64,000 bases of DNA from NCBI GenBank assembly GCA_964564625.1, contig CAZMBE010000012.1, forward strand, positions 6,011 to 70,010, in the 5' to 3' direction. The DNA is from an uncultured Syntrophaceae bacterium. GTDB lineage: Bacteria; Desulfobacterota; Syntrophia; Syntrophales; UBA2185. The notes beneath the pieces were generated by a model, which saw nothing but the letters and a program-made list of their open reading frames with translations, did no database searches and was not told the DNA's origin. The position numbers and the translations under genes are program-made. Below are positions 49,537-60,936 of the stretch, in pieces; the first letter of the stretch is position 1; every line of letters begins with the position of its first letter.

Positions 49537-50321
49537 ATGTCCTTGCAGTGGAAAATCTTTCTTTTCGATACAACTCCACTGATGTTCTGAGCAATATCTC
49601 CTTCTCCGTTCAAACCGGTGATTATATCGGCCTTGTGGGGCCCAATGGATCAGGAAAAACAACCTTAATAAAGATCATCCTTGGTTTGCTGACACCATTC
49701 AGCGGGGACGTGAAACTTTTCGGTGATCACATCAACACCTTCTCGGGATGGGATCGTATTGGGTACCTGCCGCAGAAGATTTCTTCTTTAAATCCCCGTT
49801 TTCCGGCGACAGTAAGGGAAATTGTCGCGATGGGGCTCCTTTCTAAAAAAGGCTTTCCGAAATATTTCAACAGCGCTGACAATACTGCCGTCGATACCGC
49901 ACTATCACTGCTCGATATCAGGGACCTCAAAAACAATCCCATAGGAGAACTCTCAGGCGGGCAGCAGCAAAGAGTTCTCGTGGCCAGGGCTATTGTGAAT
50001 AACCCGGAATTTCTGATTCTCGATGAGCCGACAGCCGCCCTGGACCCGGAGATGAGGGACCGATTCTTCTCGCTCCTTGAGGAACTTAACAGAACAAATA
50101 ACATCACCATTGTAATCATTACCCATGATGTAGGTAATATCGGGAGATACACATCGAAGATGCTTTATATAGATAAAAAGGTGGTTTTTTACGGAAGTTT
50201 CGATGAATTCTGCAGCTCTGGCGAGATCACTCAAATTTTTGGGGCATTCGCGCAGCACATCATCTGCCACAGACATGATCCGAATCTGGATTTTTCCTCT
50301 CGTAAACATGGAACTGACTGA
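49527..50321 (+). CDS. znuC: Metal ABC transporter ATP-binding protein
   Basis: GPNGSGKTT, IGYLPQ, LSGGQQQR, LILDEPT, ITHD; C-terminal HIICHRH. Confidence 0.9.
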   Translation: MPVDVLAVENLSFRYNSTDVLSNISFSVQTGDYIGLVGPNGSGKTTLIKIILGLLTPFSGDVKLFGDHINTFSGWDRIGYLPQKISSLNPRFPATVREIVAMGLLSKKGFPKYFNSADNTAVDTALSLLDIRDLKNNPIGELSGGQQQRVLVARAIVNNPEFLILDEPTAALDPEMRDRFFSLLEELNRTNNITIVIITHDVGNIGRYTSKMLYIDKKVVFYGSFDEFCSSGEITQIFGAFAQHIICHRHDPNLDFSSRKHGTD

Positions 50322-51120
50322 TTTTCTCCAATACGGATTTATTCAAAGGGCGCTCATTGCCGGTTCTTTCATCGGAATTCTCTGCTCTACTTTAGGAGTC
50401 TTTCTTGTGTTGAGGAGATTTTCCCTGATAGGGGATGGCCTTGCCCATGCAACGTTTGGAAGTGTCGCGCTGGCCATGCTGTTGAAGATTTCGCCCTTAT
50501 ATATATCCATCCCCCTTGTCATGATATGCTCCCTCGGTATTCTTAAACTGACCGAAAAGGCAAGACTATATGGAGATGCCGCCATTGGTGTAGTTTCATC
50601 CTTAGGCATTGCCGGGGGTGTCATGCTGGCGAGTATTGCCGGCGGCTTTAATGTTGATCTTTTCAGCTATTTATTCGGCAGCATACTCTCAATCAGCAAA
50701 GCCGAGGTTATCATCTCGATCGTGCTTTCAGTAGTGGTCATCATGATTATCTTTTTTTATTACCATGAGCTTCTCTCCATCACTTTTGACGAAGACTCCG
50801 CAAAAGCCTCGGGCATAAATACAAAACTGATCAATACGATTTTTGTTCTGCTTACGGCAGTAACAGTGGTCCTGTCCATGAAAGTGGTGGGTATCATGCT
50901 CATCTCCGCATTGCTCATTTTCCCCGCGGTGACTGCCCTCCAGATCGCAAAAAGCTTCAGGGCGCTGATGATAGCCGCCTCAGTCTCGGCCGTTATTTCT
51001 GTAGTTGCAGGGGTTATTGTTTCGCTCTACTTCGATCTTCCAACAGGGGCAACCATTGTCATTATAAATTTCATTTTTTTCATCTTAGGTCTCGCGCACA
51101 AAAGAATCATCAAAGTGTGA
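50308..51120 (+). CDS. znuB: Metal ABC transporter permease
   Basis: LVLRRFSLIGDGLAHATF, SYLFGSIL, FDEDSAKASG, VVGIMLISALLIFPA; ATG 50308 preferred. Confidence 0.9.
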   Translation: MELTDFLQYGFIQRALIAGSFIGILCSTLGVFLVLRRFSLIGDGLAHATFGSVALAMLLKISPLYISIPLVMICSLGILKLTEKARLYGDAAIGVVSSLGIAGGVMLASIAGGFNVDLFSYLFGSILSISKAEVIISIVLSVVVIMIIFFYYHELLSITFDEDSAKASGINTKLINTIFVLLTAVTVVLSMKVVGIMLISALLIFPAVTALQIAKSFRALMIAASVSAVISVVAGVIVSLYFDLPTGATIVIINFIFFILGLAHKRIIKV

Positions 51121-51308
51121 CATAAGAAAGCATCTTTGCCGGCAACGGTATTGATGACATTTGTGATCTTACATAAAGCCTGGCTGTACTTTATAAGGCG
51201 CCGGGCATGACGTAATACTTTGATTAATGCATAGGCAGGGACACATGATCAATTCGACCTTTCCCTTGTTCGGTTTCTGTTCCCGAAAGAAGGCAAAGCC
51301 TCATTCCT

Positions 51309-53285
51309 TTAATCCAACACTTTTCTTATTTTATCAGACAAGTCATTAATCTGAAAGGGTTTCTGTATAAATACTCTACAACCACGGTCCATTATTTCTT
51401 TCGCCTTACCGTTTATACTGTACCCGCTCGAGAGGATCACTTTTACATCATGGTTCATTGACTTGAGAAAATCGAATGTCTCACCGCCACCCATACCGGG
51501 CATTATCATATCCAGAATAACAAGATCAATTTCATTCATCTTCTCTTTATATAATTCAATAGCCCCTCGCCCGCCATTCGCCATGTATACTTTATAGCCT
51601 AACATTTCTAAAAGCTCACGACTGACATCGAGAATAATATCCTCATCGTCCACTAGAAGGATAGTCCCCTCTCCCTTCATAATATCTATGGGGACAGTCT
51701 CTTCCTTTATAACTTCCTTTTTTGATGCCGGCAGATAGACGGTGAATGTGGTGCCGTTTCCTTTTTCGCTATATACATTGATCATCCCTTTGTGCCCCTT
51801 GATAATACCATACGTGGATGCGAGCCCCAGACCTGTTCCTCTCCCCATCTCCTTCGTAGTAAAGAATGGATCAAAGACACGCTCTCTGGTCTTCTCATCC
51901 ATTCCCACACCTGTATCGGTTACAGAAACTTTCACATATCTTCCGACTTTCACAGAATAGGGTTTCACATATCCCTTATCAATAACAATGTTTGCCGTCT
52001 CCAGATACAAACTGCCTCCATTTGGCATGGCCTGCCATGCGTTTACATACAGATTGAGAAGCACCTGCTCAATCTGCCCACGATCTACTTCCACTGCCCA
52101 GAGATTCTCATCCAACCTTCTGTGAATAGATATTTCTTTCTTCGTTCTTCCAAACATTATAGACGTTTTATCTATGATTTCGTTCATGTCGACAACTTTT
52201 ACTTCATAACGCCCGCCACGGGCAAAACCCAGAAGCTGCTTGGTTAATTCTGCACCGCTTCTCACCTGCTCCTCTATTCTTCTCAATTTGTCATAGTAGG
52301 GATGGTTTGTATTCATGTCAAAAAGGATCAGCGACGTATACCCCTGGATACCCATCAGGAGATTGTTGAAGTCGTGGGCAATGCCGCCAGCCAGGGTACC
52401 TATGGCCTCTATTTTATGCGCTTGTCTCAATTCTATTTCCAGACGCCTTCGATCGCTGATGTCATTAATGATGAGGACTGATTTGTTCTCTGCATCATGA
52501 ATCGGCAACACATTGAGAGAAACTTCTTTTCCGTTTGCAAGGCGAAATGAATCACCGTTTGTGTTTTGCGTAACATCGGTAATGTTGTTCACAAGGTTGT
52601 CCACTCTTCCCCGGTCAATCTCATGAAACAGATCAAGTATATGTGACGCCAAGAGATCTTCCTCCGCGATACCGGCAATAGAAATAGCCGTCGGGTTTGC
52701 ATACACAATCCTTGCCTCAGAGGTGATTTCAAAGATACCTTCCGATATGCTGGAGAGAACAACCTCCAAATGCTTTTTTACAAACAGCAATTCTTTGACG
52801 ATGTCACGAGAATTTGTCTCTTCAAGACCTACTACTTCATCTTTAAAATCATTTGCTGCTGATGATTCCAATTTATCCAGCGTTTCTATCACTCGTTGGG
52901 ACATTTTGTTAAACGGGCCTTTTGCAATACAGGCATTGGCGCCAAGGGCCACTAGGTTTGTTTTATATTCGGCAGCCACAGCTGACAGGATCACTACTCG
53001 AGTATTTTTCATGCGCGGCATTCTTCGTATCATCTGGCACAGCTTCTCACCATTAATATTCGGCATAATCAAATCCATGAAGATGATATCCGGTGTGGTT
53101 GTTTCTAATATCTTTAAAACAGTCACACCGTCTTCTGCTGTTGTTACCTGGTAACCATGTTTCACAAGCAGATTATTCATAAAGTTCAACACGACGGGAT
53201 TATTGTCTACGACCAACACCTTTTTCTCTCCACCTGATCCCTTTTCTGCAGTCACAAGTACTTTTTTCTCTGTAAGGCTAATCAT
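51309..53285 (-). CDS. Hybrid sensor kinase REC-PAS-HisKA-HATPase-REC (CckA-like)
   Basis: N-terminal REC (IIFMDLIMP), PAS (YANPTA), AGGIAHDFNNLL, FDPFFTTKEMGRGTGLGL, C-terminal REC (LVILDMIMP). Confidence 0.93.
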   Translation of the reverse strand: MISLTEKKVLVTAEKGSGGEKKVLVVDNNPVVLNFMNNLLVKHGYQVTTAEDGVTVLKILETTTPDIIFMDLIMPNINGEKLCQMIRRMPRMKNTRVVILSAVAAEYKTNLVALGANACIAKGPFNKMSQRVIETLDKLESSAANDFKDEVVGLEETNSRDIVKELLFVKKHLEVVLSSISEGIFEITSEARIVYANPTAISIAGIAEEDLLASHILDLFHEIDRGRVDNLVNNITDVTQNTNGDSFRLANGKEVSLNVLPIHDAENKSVLIINDISDRRRLEIELRQAHKIEAIGTLAGGIAHDFNNLLMGIQGYTSLILFDMNTNHPYYDKLRRIEEQVRSGAELTKQLLGFARGGRYEVKVVDMNEIIDKTSIMFGRTKKEISIHRRLDENLWAVEVDRGQIEQVLLNLYVNAWQAMPNGGSLYLETANIVIDKGYVKPYSVKVGRYVKVSVTDTGVGMDEKTRERVFDPFFTTKEMGRGTGLGLASTYGIIKGHKGMINVYSEKGNGTTFTVYLPASKKEVIKEETVPIDIMKGEGTILLVDDEDIILDVSRELLEMLGYKVYMANGGRGAIELYKEKMNEIDLVILDMIMPGMGGGETFDFLKSMNHDVKVILSSGYSINGKAKEIMDRGCRVFIQKPFQINDLSDKIRKVLD

Positions 53286-53373
53286 CGATATAATCCACCC
53301 TTCAATATTTTCTCAGATGATCCTTTCTTTATGAACTTTTGGCAGACCACAATTAATTTGGATACTCCTTCTC

Positions 53374-53712
53374 CTAATGGATAATTCTCATAAGATGTGT
53401 GAGCTCTTTCATCAGGCATTCAGCGGCTTCTTCCGCGCCTTCCAGAATGTTTCGGTGTGCTCGCAGCTCCAGTTCTTTCGCTACTACCGACATTTCCGGA
53501 ATACAAAGGTTCTCGGCGGCACCTCGTATAGTATGAATTGTTTCATACACACTCTTTGCATCCCCATTATGTATCGCCGTCTGCAATTCCTTAACATACG
53601 CCATGCTGGTTGTAATGAAGAGTTCCAGCAACGGTAAATAGTCATCCTCTTCCAGGCCAACATTTTCTGCCATTTGTTTCAGAGTGATGCCTGCTTCTCT
53701 CGTAGTGCCCAT
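53374..53712 (-). CDS. Hpt domain phosphotransfer protein
   Basis: [24 protein letters not shown] Hpt pattern; alternative ATG 53673. Confidence 0.85.
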   Translation of the reverse strand: MGTTREAGITLKQMAENVGLEEDDYLPLLELFITTSMAYVKELQTAIHNGDAKSVYETIHTIRGAAENLCIPEMSVVAKELELRAHRNILEGAEEAAECLMKELTHLMRIIH

Positions 53713-55883
53713 TTTTCCAGTACCCCCTTTAAAAACGCCATTCTCACCGGTTTTGCCAGATAATCATCCATTCCTGCTTTCAAACACTTCACGCGATCTT
53801 CTTCCATCGCACTTGCAGTTAAGGCAATAATAGGGATGTCTCCGTAGCCCCTGTCTCTTATTTCCCTCGTTGCCTCCATGCCATCCATCTCGGGCATATG
53901 CACATCCATGAAAATCAGATCAAAGGAGTCATTTGTCAGGTGCAGCTTTTCAATTGCCTCACGGCCGTTATTTGCCAGCTCTACCTTATGCCCGGCTTTG
54001 TGCAACATTATTTTCACCAAATTCTGATTCACTATATTGTCTTCAGCCAATAGTATTTTCAGTGAGCAATTTGACGTTTGAGACACATGATTTTTATTGA
54101 CCGGTGTCTGACTACGTTTGTAATGAAACCTGCCTGTGCTATGCAGTATCTCTTCCATGGCCTGAAGCAACTTTTGTTTTCTGACTGGCGCCTTAATGAA
54201 GATACTATGTCTGGACGCTTCGTGCTTCAGGATAACTCTATCCTTGAGCAGGCCAAATACTAGGACATGCACTACGCCAGTTTTTGCTGACCGGATACTT
54301 TCAATAACCTTATTAATGTCCATATGCGGCAATGTAACTTTCAGCATGCAAAAATCAAAAGGATCCCCGTCACCGTCCGCATGGATCAACGCCGGTAAAA
54401 TATCAGCCCCTTTTTCCGCTGTCACAGCTCGCATACCAGAAGATTCAGCCATGCGCGACAATATATGCAGGCTTTTCCTGTTATCATCAACTATAAGCAG
54501 CTTCTTTTTATCAAGAGATGAATATTCTTGGTGTCCTTCACATGCAGCCTCATCCAGCACGGCCGTAAAGTGAAACGCGGAGCCCTTATCTACCTTGCTT
54601 TCAGCCCACACATCACCGTTCATTAACTTTGATAACTGCTTGCATATGGTGAGCCCGAGTCCGGAACCACCATACTTCCTGGTAGAAGAACAATCGACCT
54701 GCTGAAAGGAATCAAATATCGCCGCTAATTTATCTTGCGGTATACCAATACCGGTATCTCTTACTGTTATGTCGATCTTTACTTGATGGTTCTTCTTCTC
54801 TCCCCCATTCATACAGAGCTCTATTTCACCTGCTTTTGTAAACTTCACGGCATTTTCCATCAGGTTTATAAGAACCTGCCTAAATCTGTAAGGATCTCCC
54901 CTCACACGGGAAGGAAGACCGTCGCCAATATTGCACAATAGATCGATAGACTTGTTCCCAAGCTTAGGCTGAATAAGATCGCATACATCATATGCAACTT
55001 CTTCGGGATTAAAATCGATATATTCAAGCTTCAACTGTCCGGCTTCAACCTTTGAGAAATCCAGAATATCATTGATTATGGATAACAGCGCATCACCACT
55101 TTTTTTAATTGTATCAATGTAACTGAACTGTTCTTCATTCAGGTCGGTATCTATCATCAGATCGGCAAACCCGATGATTCCATTCATTGGCGTCCTGATC
55201 TCATGGCTCATATTTGCCAGAAATTGAGTTTTTGCGATATTCAATACATTTGCGGCTTCCAGGGCCTTTTGCAGAGCTGCCGTACGCTTCTTGACAACGT
55301 CCTCAAGATATATATTCGTGTCATGTATTTTCTTATACAAAATGGCGTTTTCAAGCGCCCGGGCAGTGTTAAAGAGTATTATGGTAAGCAGGTTTGACAA
55401 CATATTGTTGACGGAAAGTTCATCATTCTCAAGAATTCCCACAACCATCCCTATCACTTGTGTCCTTGTCACCAGGGGATGAAAGACCACTGTATGATCA
55501 AAATATTTCGCCGGCACCGTAACCGCCCGGCTTTGATGCAATGCCCACGCGAATACTCCCTCGTCAATCTGGAAATCAACCTCTTTTTCGATCAGTAGTG
55601 AATCTTTTTCAGGATCACAGTCGATGAGAACAAAATCCGAGTTTGCCTCTTCAATCATGTATAGCGCGAGCACCTCACATGGCACCAGGCGCTCCAGGTG
55701 AGTTTTGGCCATGCGAAAAATCGCCGTGGGCTCTTGGTCAGGAGGATTAATACTGCTTTTAAAATCACCAAGAGACACAACCATGTCCAGGGCATCCAGG
55801 GTCCACCTGTTTACTTCTTCCAAATGTTTTATCTGTTCCTCAAGTTCAGACAGATACTTTTTTCTTTTTACATTCTTTGTCAT
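53679..55883 (-). CDS. Hybrid sensor kinase GAF-like-HisKA-HATPase-pseudoREC-REC
   Basis: [37 protein letters not shown]; first REC has K in place of the acceptor D (CMLKVTLP); second is intact ([11 protein letters not shown]). Confidence 0.92.
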   Translation of the reverse strand: MTKNVKRKKYLSELEEQIKHLEEVNRWTLDALDMVVSLGDFKSSINPPDQEPTAIFRMAKTHLERLVPCEVLALYMIEEANSDFVLIDCDPEKDSLLIEKEVDFQIDEGVFAWALHQSRAVTVPAKYFDHTVVFHPLVTRTQVIGMVVGILENDELSVNNMLSNLLTIILFNTARALENAILYKKIHDTNIYLEDVVKKRTAALQKALEAANVLNIAKTQFLANMSHEIRTPMNGIIGFADLMIDTDLNEEQFSYIDTIKKSGDALLSIINDILDFSKVEAGQLKLEYIDFNPEEVAYDVCDLIQPKLGNKSIDLLCNIGDGLPSRVRGDPYRFRQVLINLMENAVKFTKAGEIELCMNGGEKKNHQVKIDITVRDTGIGIPQDKLAAIFDSFQQVDCSSTRKYGGSGLGLTICKQLSKLMNGDVWAESKVDKGSAFHFTAVLDEAACEGHQEYSSLDKKKLLIVDDNRKSLHILSRMAESSGMRAVTAEKGADILPALIHADGDGDPFDFCMLKVTLPHMDINKVIESIRSAKTGVVHVLVFGLLKDRVILKHEASRHSIFIKAPVRKQKLLQAMEEILHSTGRFHYKRSQTPVNKNHVSQTSNCSLKILLAEDNIVNQNLVKIMLHKAGHKVELANNGREAIEKLHLTNDSFDLIFMDVHMPEMDGMEATREIRDRGYGDIPIIALTASAMEEDRVKCLKAGMDDYLAKPVRMAFLKGVLEKWALREKQASL

Positions 55884-56739
55884 TGTCTGGATTTCCGAAC
55901 AACGATTGCACAACGTCGCTGACCTCTCGTTCCATCTGATCAATCGTGGGAGAGACAGCACTCACGGGAATACCGACAAGTTCCCACGCTTTCTCGTCTA
56001 AAGAGGGAATGTAATGTTCTCCGCTGCTTCCTAATTGCATGGCATGGGCAATAAGGTCAGCTATGTGCACCACGGCAGTCTCTATAGGATATCTTCGCGC
56101 GTTCCGCGGCGCATGATGATATGCTACAACCTCTTCAAGGGACGGCGGTAGATTCCAGAATCCCACCAACACCCGGCCTAAATCAGAATGGTCATACCCC
56201 ATATTTTCCTTTTCCACCGTATAGAGTAATTTGCCTTCGGCTCTGCTGCGCAAAATCATTTCCCGGGCCTTCTCCGGTATTTTTTTGTACAGTACGAGAC
56301 GTCCAATATCATGAATGATACCCGCGGCAAAAAAACGCTCCACATTCATTTCACACCTTCTATAGGTGGCAAGTATTTTGGCGCCGATACCGCACGCCAC
56401 ACTATGTCTCCAGAAAGATTCCATATTGACGAGATCTTCCGGTATCCCTTTAAAGAGACTCATCACGGATGTAGCCAATGCGAGATCACGTACCTGCTGC
56501 GTCCCTACGATGAAAAGGGCTCGACTGACCGTTTCGATTTTTGATGGAAAACTGTAAAACGCACTGTTCACAATCTGGAGCAGCCGCGAGGTTAGGCCAG
56601 GATCATCGCTAATGATATTGCTGATGTCCTTCATTGAAGAGCGGGGGTTGCTCACGGCCTCGTTGATTTTGGAGTATATAACCGGCAAAGATGACAACTG
56701 CACTAACCCTTTTAAAAGATCTTCCGGTCTGTTGTTCAT
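55846..56739 (-). CDS. HDOD domain protein
   Basis: [50 protein letters not shown]; RBS GAGG before ATG 56739. Confidence 0.92.
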   Translation of the reverse strand: MNNRPEDLLKGLVQLSSLPVIYSKINEAVSNPRSSMKDISNIISDDPGLTSRLLQIVNSAFYSFPSKIETVSRALFIVGTQQVRDLALATSVMSLFKGIPEDLVNMESFWRHSVACGIGAKILATYRRCEMNVERFFAAGIIHDIGRLVLYKKIPEKAREMILRSRAEGKLLYTVEKENMGYDHSDLGRVLVGFWNLPPSLEEVVAYHHAPRNARRYPIETAVVHIADLIAHAMQLGSSGEHYIPSLDEKAWELVGIPVSAVSPTIDQMEREVSDVVQSLFGNPDNDKECKKKKVSV

Positions 56740-56789
56740 GGTTACCTCACATAATTGTATAATCTTAGCAGTTACGAAACACAGTCCCG

Positions 56790-57143
56790 TCAATCATTGA
56801 TATGACCGTGCGCACAACCCTGTTTCACACTACGAATTGTAACCAGTCGAAACAATTCCTTGTTGAATGGATTTTCCATGTTTGCGTCAAGGAAACGTTC
56901 ACGAGTCTTATTTTCCATCTCCTCTAAAAGAAGAGGATCAAGCCTGGCGGCAATATTTGCGGTTAGTTCATCTTTTTCGATACCCTGAATATCTGCTTCG
57001 GTGACGCCCCACATTCTGAATACTCTCAAGTGCTTTTCATTTATCTTACTGCCCCCGGCCAGTAATACCCGGCCGCTTCGATCTTTTATGTCCTTCGCCA
57101 GAACCATATTCACTTGAATATCTGCGAGATTAATTATCCCCAT
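56790..57143 (-). CDS. Hypothetical protein upstream of HDOD gene
   Basis: MVLAKDIKDRSGRVLL..HLRVFRMWGV pattern resembling N-terminal modules seen with HD-GYP/HDOD proteins. Confidence 0.7.
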   Translation of the reverse strand: MGIINLADIQVNMVLAKDIKDRSGRVLLAGGSKINEKHLRVFRMWGVTEADIQGIEKDELTANIAARLDPLLLEEMENKTRERFLDANMENPFNKELFRLVTIRSVKQGCAHGHIND

Positions 57144-57463
57144 CTTTTCGCCCCATAATTAATGATACATTATTTATATATTCAGAATTAAAGAAATTCT
57201 CATACCTGTTATCGTCATTTTCGTTGAAAACTTTATTATTTAAAACCCTCCGCGGTGAACTGAGGAGAATGTACGATTCATAGGGAACAATAACTTTCCC
57301 CGTTCACTCGCTACCGGATTCAACGAAAACGACCGACACATTCATTCATCTGAATCAATGAAAAATGGGGATTCTGAAAATACCACACGTTCGTTAATGA
57401 GGTTATTACGCGGATTACATTTATTCCTAGTGGGGGAATGAGTGCTTGGGGGAGATTGTTGAA

Positions 57464-58132
57464 TTATAAGGATTTGGACAGATGTGTTCTCTCCATTGCA
57501 AGGATTTTACCGCTCAATACATGGCTGCATATTTTATCCAGCTTTAAAAAACGAACAGACACATATTCCAGATCGCTCCTCCTGGGGGCATCATAAGGAT
57601 GCCAGACTTTTACTGCCTTTGCATCAACATTGAACGTTTGGTCGTCAAGAGCTAACACAATTTGAATTATCGTGCCTGTTCCCACAGGATTATCTTTTGC
57701 ATGGCAAAAACGTGCACCGCCGATGGAAATATCTATCAGACTGGCCCTTTCATTTCCAAAAAAAAGGCTAATGCCGCTGTCTGATCTCGGTTTTACGCGG
57801 TAGTGCATTCTTATATTAGACCTTGAAAGAGCACTTTGCCGAGTTACGGACAGGGCCTGAACTGTTTTCATTGAATAGAGGCGATAATCATTGAGTATTG
57901 TATTGATCTTTCCTGTAAAACCGACGCGGCTTAAACTTTCTTTTTTCTTGATCAGGTATGTGACCGTTATTTCTTTCCCGACATAATACTTTGTAAGGGG
58001 AGGTGATGTCTGAGACAGAATAATTTTAGTTCCCTCAACGTCGTATACCAGGGCATTTCTCACATCCGTAATTTCGTTTCCCGTATCGACATGAGTGACG
58101 ATATTGACGCTCATTCCAGGTCTGATTTCCAT
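57464..58132 (-). CDS. PilZ domain protein (c-di-GMP receptor)
   Basis: RSNIRMHYR (RxxxR) and LIDISIGGA (DxSxxG) motifs after an N-terminal YcgR-like region. Confidence 0.88.
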   Translation of the reverse strand: MEIRPGMSVNIVTHVDTGNEITDVRNALVYDVEGTKIILSQTSPPLTKYYVGKEITVTYLIKKKESLSRVGFTGKINTILNDYRLYSMKTVQALSVTRQSALSRSNIRMHYRVKPRSDSGISLFFGNERASLIDISIGGARFCHAKDNPVGTGTIIQIVLALDDQTFNVDAKAVKVWHPYDAPRRSDLEYVSVRFLKLDKICSHVLSGKILAMERTHLSKSL

Positions 58133-58323
58133 GAGTGTTTCCAGACTACACCTCTAGGTCATGAAATGCCGTGCATCCTGTGAAAATTTACCCAGTAGAA
58201 TACCATTATTTGCATGTTTTTTCATATGGACTTGCAGTTTTACAATGGCACCAAGCATACTAAAATATTTCTTCCAGAGCGAGCACTTTTCATGTTTGGA
58301 TCTATGCTTGTTTACGTGCAAAA

Positions 58324-58345
58324 AGGATTCGAGGGTTCAAGGGTT
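58324..58345. repeat. REP-like GGGTTCRA-periodic element, copy 1
   Basis: AGGATTCGAGGGTTCAAGGGTT; 20/22 identical to the reverse complement of part of 62547-62575. Confidence 0.55.
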
Positions 58346-58578
58346 TATTTTAGAATTGCGGAGATAGCAACTTTTTCGGAGGTACACGTGATTCCTTACA
58401 CATCCCCATTTCTATTCCACATAAATGTACCTGCATATGCTTCTTATATCTTTTCTGGTGGAACTATCCTGTTACATACCTTCAAACATTTCAAATATGC
58501 TTGAAATCGTAAGAAATTCAGAGTATATATGGCGAAAATCATTCTTATGCAGAATGAGGGACAGACAGGAAGGAACCA

Positions 58579-59931
58579 TTGAAACAACAAGTTGCTGTAA
58601 GCTTTGAGGATAACGTTGTAAAGGTGGTGTACTCATCTTCCCGTAAGGGAAGGACAATTGTTCAAAAGACGATGATTTTCAAGGAAGAAGATTTTGATTC
58701 ATTCTTAAAAACCACTAAATTACCTGATCTTACTGTAATATGTCATTTTAAAAAATTCTACAGCGACCTCATGACAGCTCCTCCAACGAAACCTGCGTAT
58801 CTCAAAAAAATTGTTGAAGCCGAAATCAGAAAACGTTTCCCAGATCTGAAGGACTTCTCCTTTTTTTTCAGCATGCTCACGGGAAAAGCAGCCGGCGAGA
58901 AGGGCACCAGGGAAGTATTTTTCTTCGCTGTCGATAATAGTGAACTTACTGAAATCATAGAACGCTTTAACAAGTTCGATAAATCCGTTCGCTACATATA
59001 CCCTGATATTCTCATATTTTCCCGCCTCATTACATCATCGGGCGAGTTCAACAGCAAAACCGTCCTTCCCATGTTTACTTCAGGAACAGACCGGACCCTT
59101 TTTCTTGTCCGCGAAGGACAGATATGTTTTATCAGAGTAACGCCATCTTCGGTTCATAATCTCACTGATGTTGATGTCGATAATATGAACATGACGGTCA
59201 GTTACTGCAGGCAGAAATTGCGGGTGAATCCCGAATCCATTATTCTTATGAATGCCGAAAATAACGAAGGGCCGTTTAACACTATTATTCCGACAGTACC
59301 TGTCACATATCCTAAGGGTGTCCTTGCCCCCGAAGAAACGTTACAAAATTTCATCGCGCCAATATCAGCAATCATTTTCCAACAAAATCTCAAAAACGAA
59401 AACCTTCTGCCCCTCAAGTATAAGACTCTTTATAACTATAGGAGTATTGCCTCGTATGCCAGCATTCTATTTCTCATGCTTTCGCTCCTTGGGCTGGTTC
59501 ACATCTGCATCAATCTTTCACAAATTTCCATAGTGAACGAAAAGATTAATCTACTGAGGAAAGAACTTACAGGAATAGATGCAATCACCGCTGCATATGA
59601 TAAAGATACGGAAAAGATGCAGCAAATTGTACCTCTGATTAATTTCGTCAATGATGCTCATGCAACTCCTGATATACGGAGAGCATTGGCTTCGCTTACG
59701 TTTCTTCCCATGGAAAACGTGCATATTAAAGTCATACAAATAACCAACAGAAGAGATGCGTTACTGATACAGGTAACTGGTTTTGTACATGCAAAGAAAT
59801 ACGGTGATATGCACAGAATTTTTGTAAGTCTCCTCAACAATTTTCAAAATATTTCAGGCATGGCAATTGTTTCGAAGAATATTGAGATAGGAAATGGACA
59901 TTTCCAAATTGATGTCGAAAATAGGGGCTGA
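58579..59931 (+). CDS. PilM/PilN (MshI/GspL)-like assembly protein
   Basis: Actin-like N-terminal region, one TM (ILFLMLSLLGLVHICI), coiled coil and C-terminal periplasmic domain; first gene of a secretin/ATPase operon; TTG start. Confidence 0.7.
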   Translation: MKQQVAVSFEDNVVKVVYSSSRKGRTIVQKTMIFKEEDFDSFLKTTKLPDLTVICHFKKFYSDLMTAPPTKPAYLKKIVEAEIRKRFPDLKDFSFFFSMLTGKAAGEKGTREVFFFAVDNSELTEIIERFNKFDKSVRYIYPDILIFSRLITSSGEFNSKTVLPMFTSGTDRTLFLVREGQICFIRVTPSSVHNLTDVDVDNMNMTVSYCRQKLRVNPESIILMNAENNEGPFNTIIPTVPVTYPKGVLAPEETLQNFIAPISAIIFQQNLKNENLLPLKYKTLYNYRSIASYASILFLMLSLLGLVHICINLSQISIVNEKINLLRKELTGIDAITAAYDKDTEKMQQIVPLINFVNDAHATPDIRRALASLTFLPMENVHIKVIQITNRRDALLIQVTGFVHAKKYGDMHRIFVSLLNNFQNISGMAIVSKNIEIGNGHFQIDVENRG

Positions 59932-60493
59932 TTCGAAAGATCGCTCTCCCATGGATGCAAAGCTCAAAAAGCTGTTGCGGTACTATGCTGTTTCTGCACT
60001 TTGCGCCACAGTGCTCATCTCCGGCGCATTGCTCACGGAGAATTACATGACAAGCCTTTCAGACACATTGGATAAATTTCAGACTTTAAAAATTAACAGC
60101 GTGAAAATGAAAGAGGCGTCAAGAAAGGCGGGGGAAACATTCGCAACCATCAGATCAGCTTTTTCATCATACGACAAAACTGAAGCTATGGAAGGCACTA
60201 TATTAACTACTTTAGATTCAATTAAAGACCGCATGAAGAACTCTGACATTACCGTGACAAAATTTGAAAAAAAGGGAAACGAAATTGAATTGCCCGTTAC
60301 CGTGAACGGAACAATTCAAGATTATGCATATTTCATCAACAACATAGGCTATTTGCAATCACTCCCATCACCTGTTTTTTATATCAGCGGCGTCACAATC
60401 TCAGATCAGTCAGATGAAAAAAATGCTGTGATTAATTTCGAAATCAGGGGGGCATTAAAAATGCAAACAGCCCCTGCAGGTGGAAGCTCATGA
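59894..60493 (+). CDS. PilO/MshJ-like protein
   Basis: N-terminal TM, coiled coil, IELPVTVNGT..YFINNIGYLQSL ferredoxin-like pattern. Confidence 0.65.
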   Translation: MDISKLMSKIGADSKDRSPMDAKLKKLLRYYAVSALCATVLISGALLTENYMTSLSDTLDKFQTLKINSVKMKEASRKAGETFATIRSAFSSYDKTEAMEGTILTTLDSIKDRMKNSDITVTKFEKKGNEIELPVTVNGTIQDYAYFINNIGYLQSLPSPVFYISGVTISDQSDEKNAVINFEIRGALKMQTAPAGGSS

Positions 60494-60936
60494 ACGAGAA
60501 TTATAAGATTATCATAATCCTTGTATTGGTGCCTGTTGTTGCGCTCCTGATAATGTATATGATTTCCAGCGTGAAATTTTCTCCCTCTTTTTCTGCGGAG
60601 GAGCAAAAAGTCTTCAACTTCAGCGACGAGCAAACCCCTCAATTTGCTCATAGGAAGCAATCACCGGTGATCTGGATAAAGAGCCCAATATCCCTGTCAC
60701 AAAACGCTGAGCGCGGATTTCCAAAGACTTCCCTCGTGGAAATGTCACCACCACCGGATGCCACAGGAAGAAGGGTTTCCTTCATTCTGCTTCATAAAAA
60801 AAGAAATTTGGCGATTGTTGACGGCAAGCTCGTACATGAAGGCGATCACCTTGGTAACCAGAAAATCGCAAAGATTGAAAAAGACAAAGTTTTATTAAAA
60901 GGCAGAGAAGGTGAAAAATGGCTGAATTTAGATTAA
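60490..60936 (+). CDS. PilP/MshK-like protein
   Basis: N-terminal TM; LAIVDGKLVHEGD..KIAKIEKDKVLL beta domain. Confidence 0.65.
   Translation: MNENYKIIIILVLVPVVALLIMYMISSVKFSPSFSAEEQKVFNFSDEQTPQFAHRKQSPVIWIKSPISLSQNAERGFPKTSLVEMSPPPDATGRRVSFILLHKKRNLAIVDGKLVHEGDHLGNQKIAKIEKDKVLLKGREGEKWLNLD

Noticed and set aside
58245-58262. TGGCAC upstream of the pilus operon as a sigma54 promoter
   Set aside because: No GC at the required 10-nt spacing.
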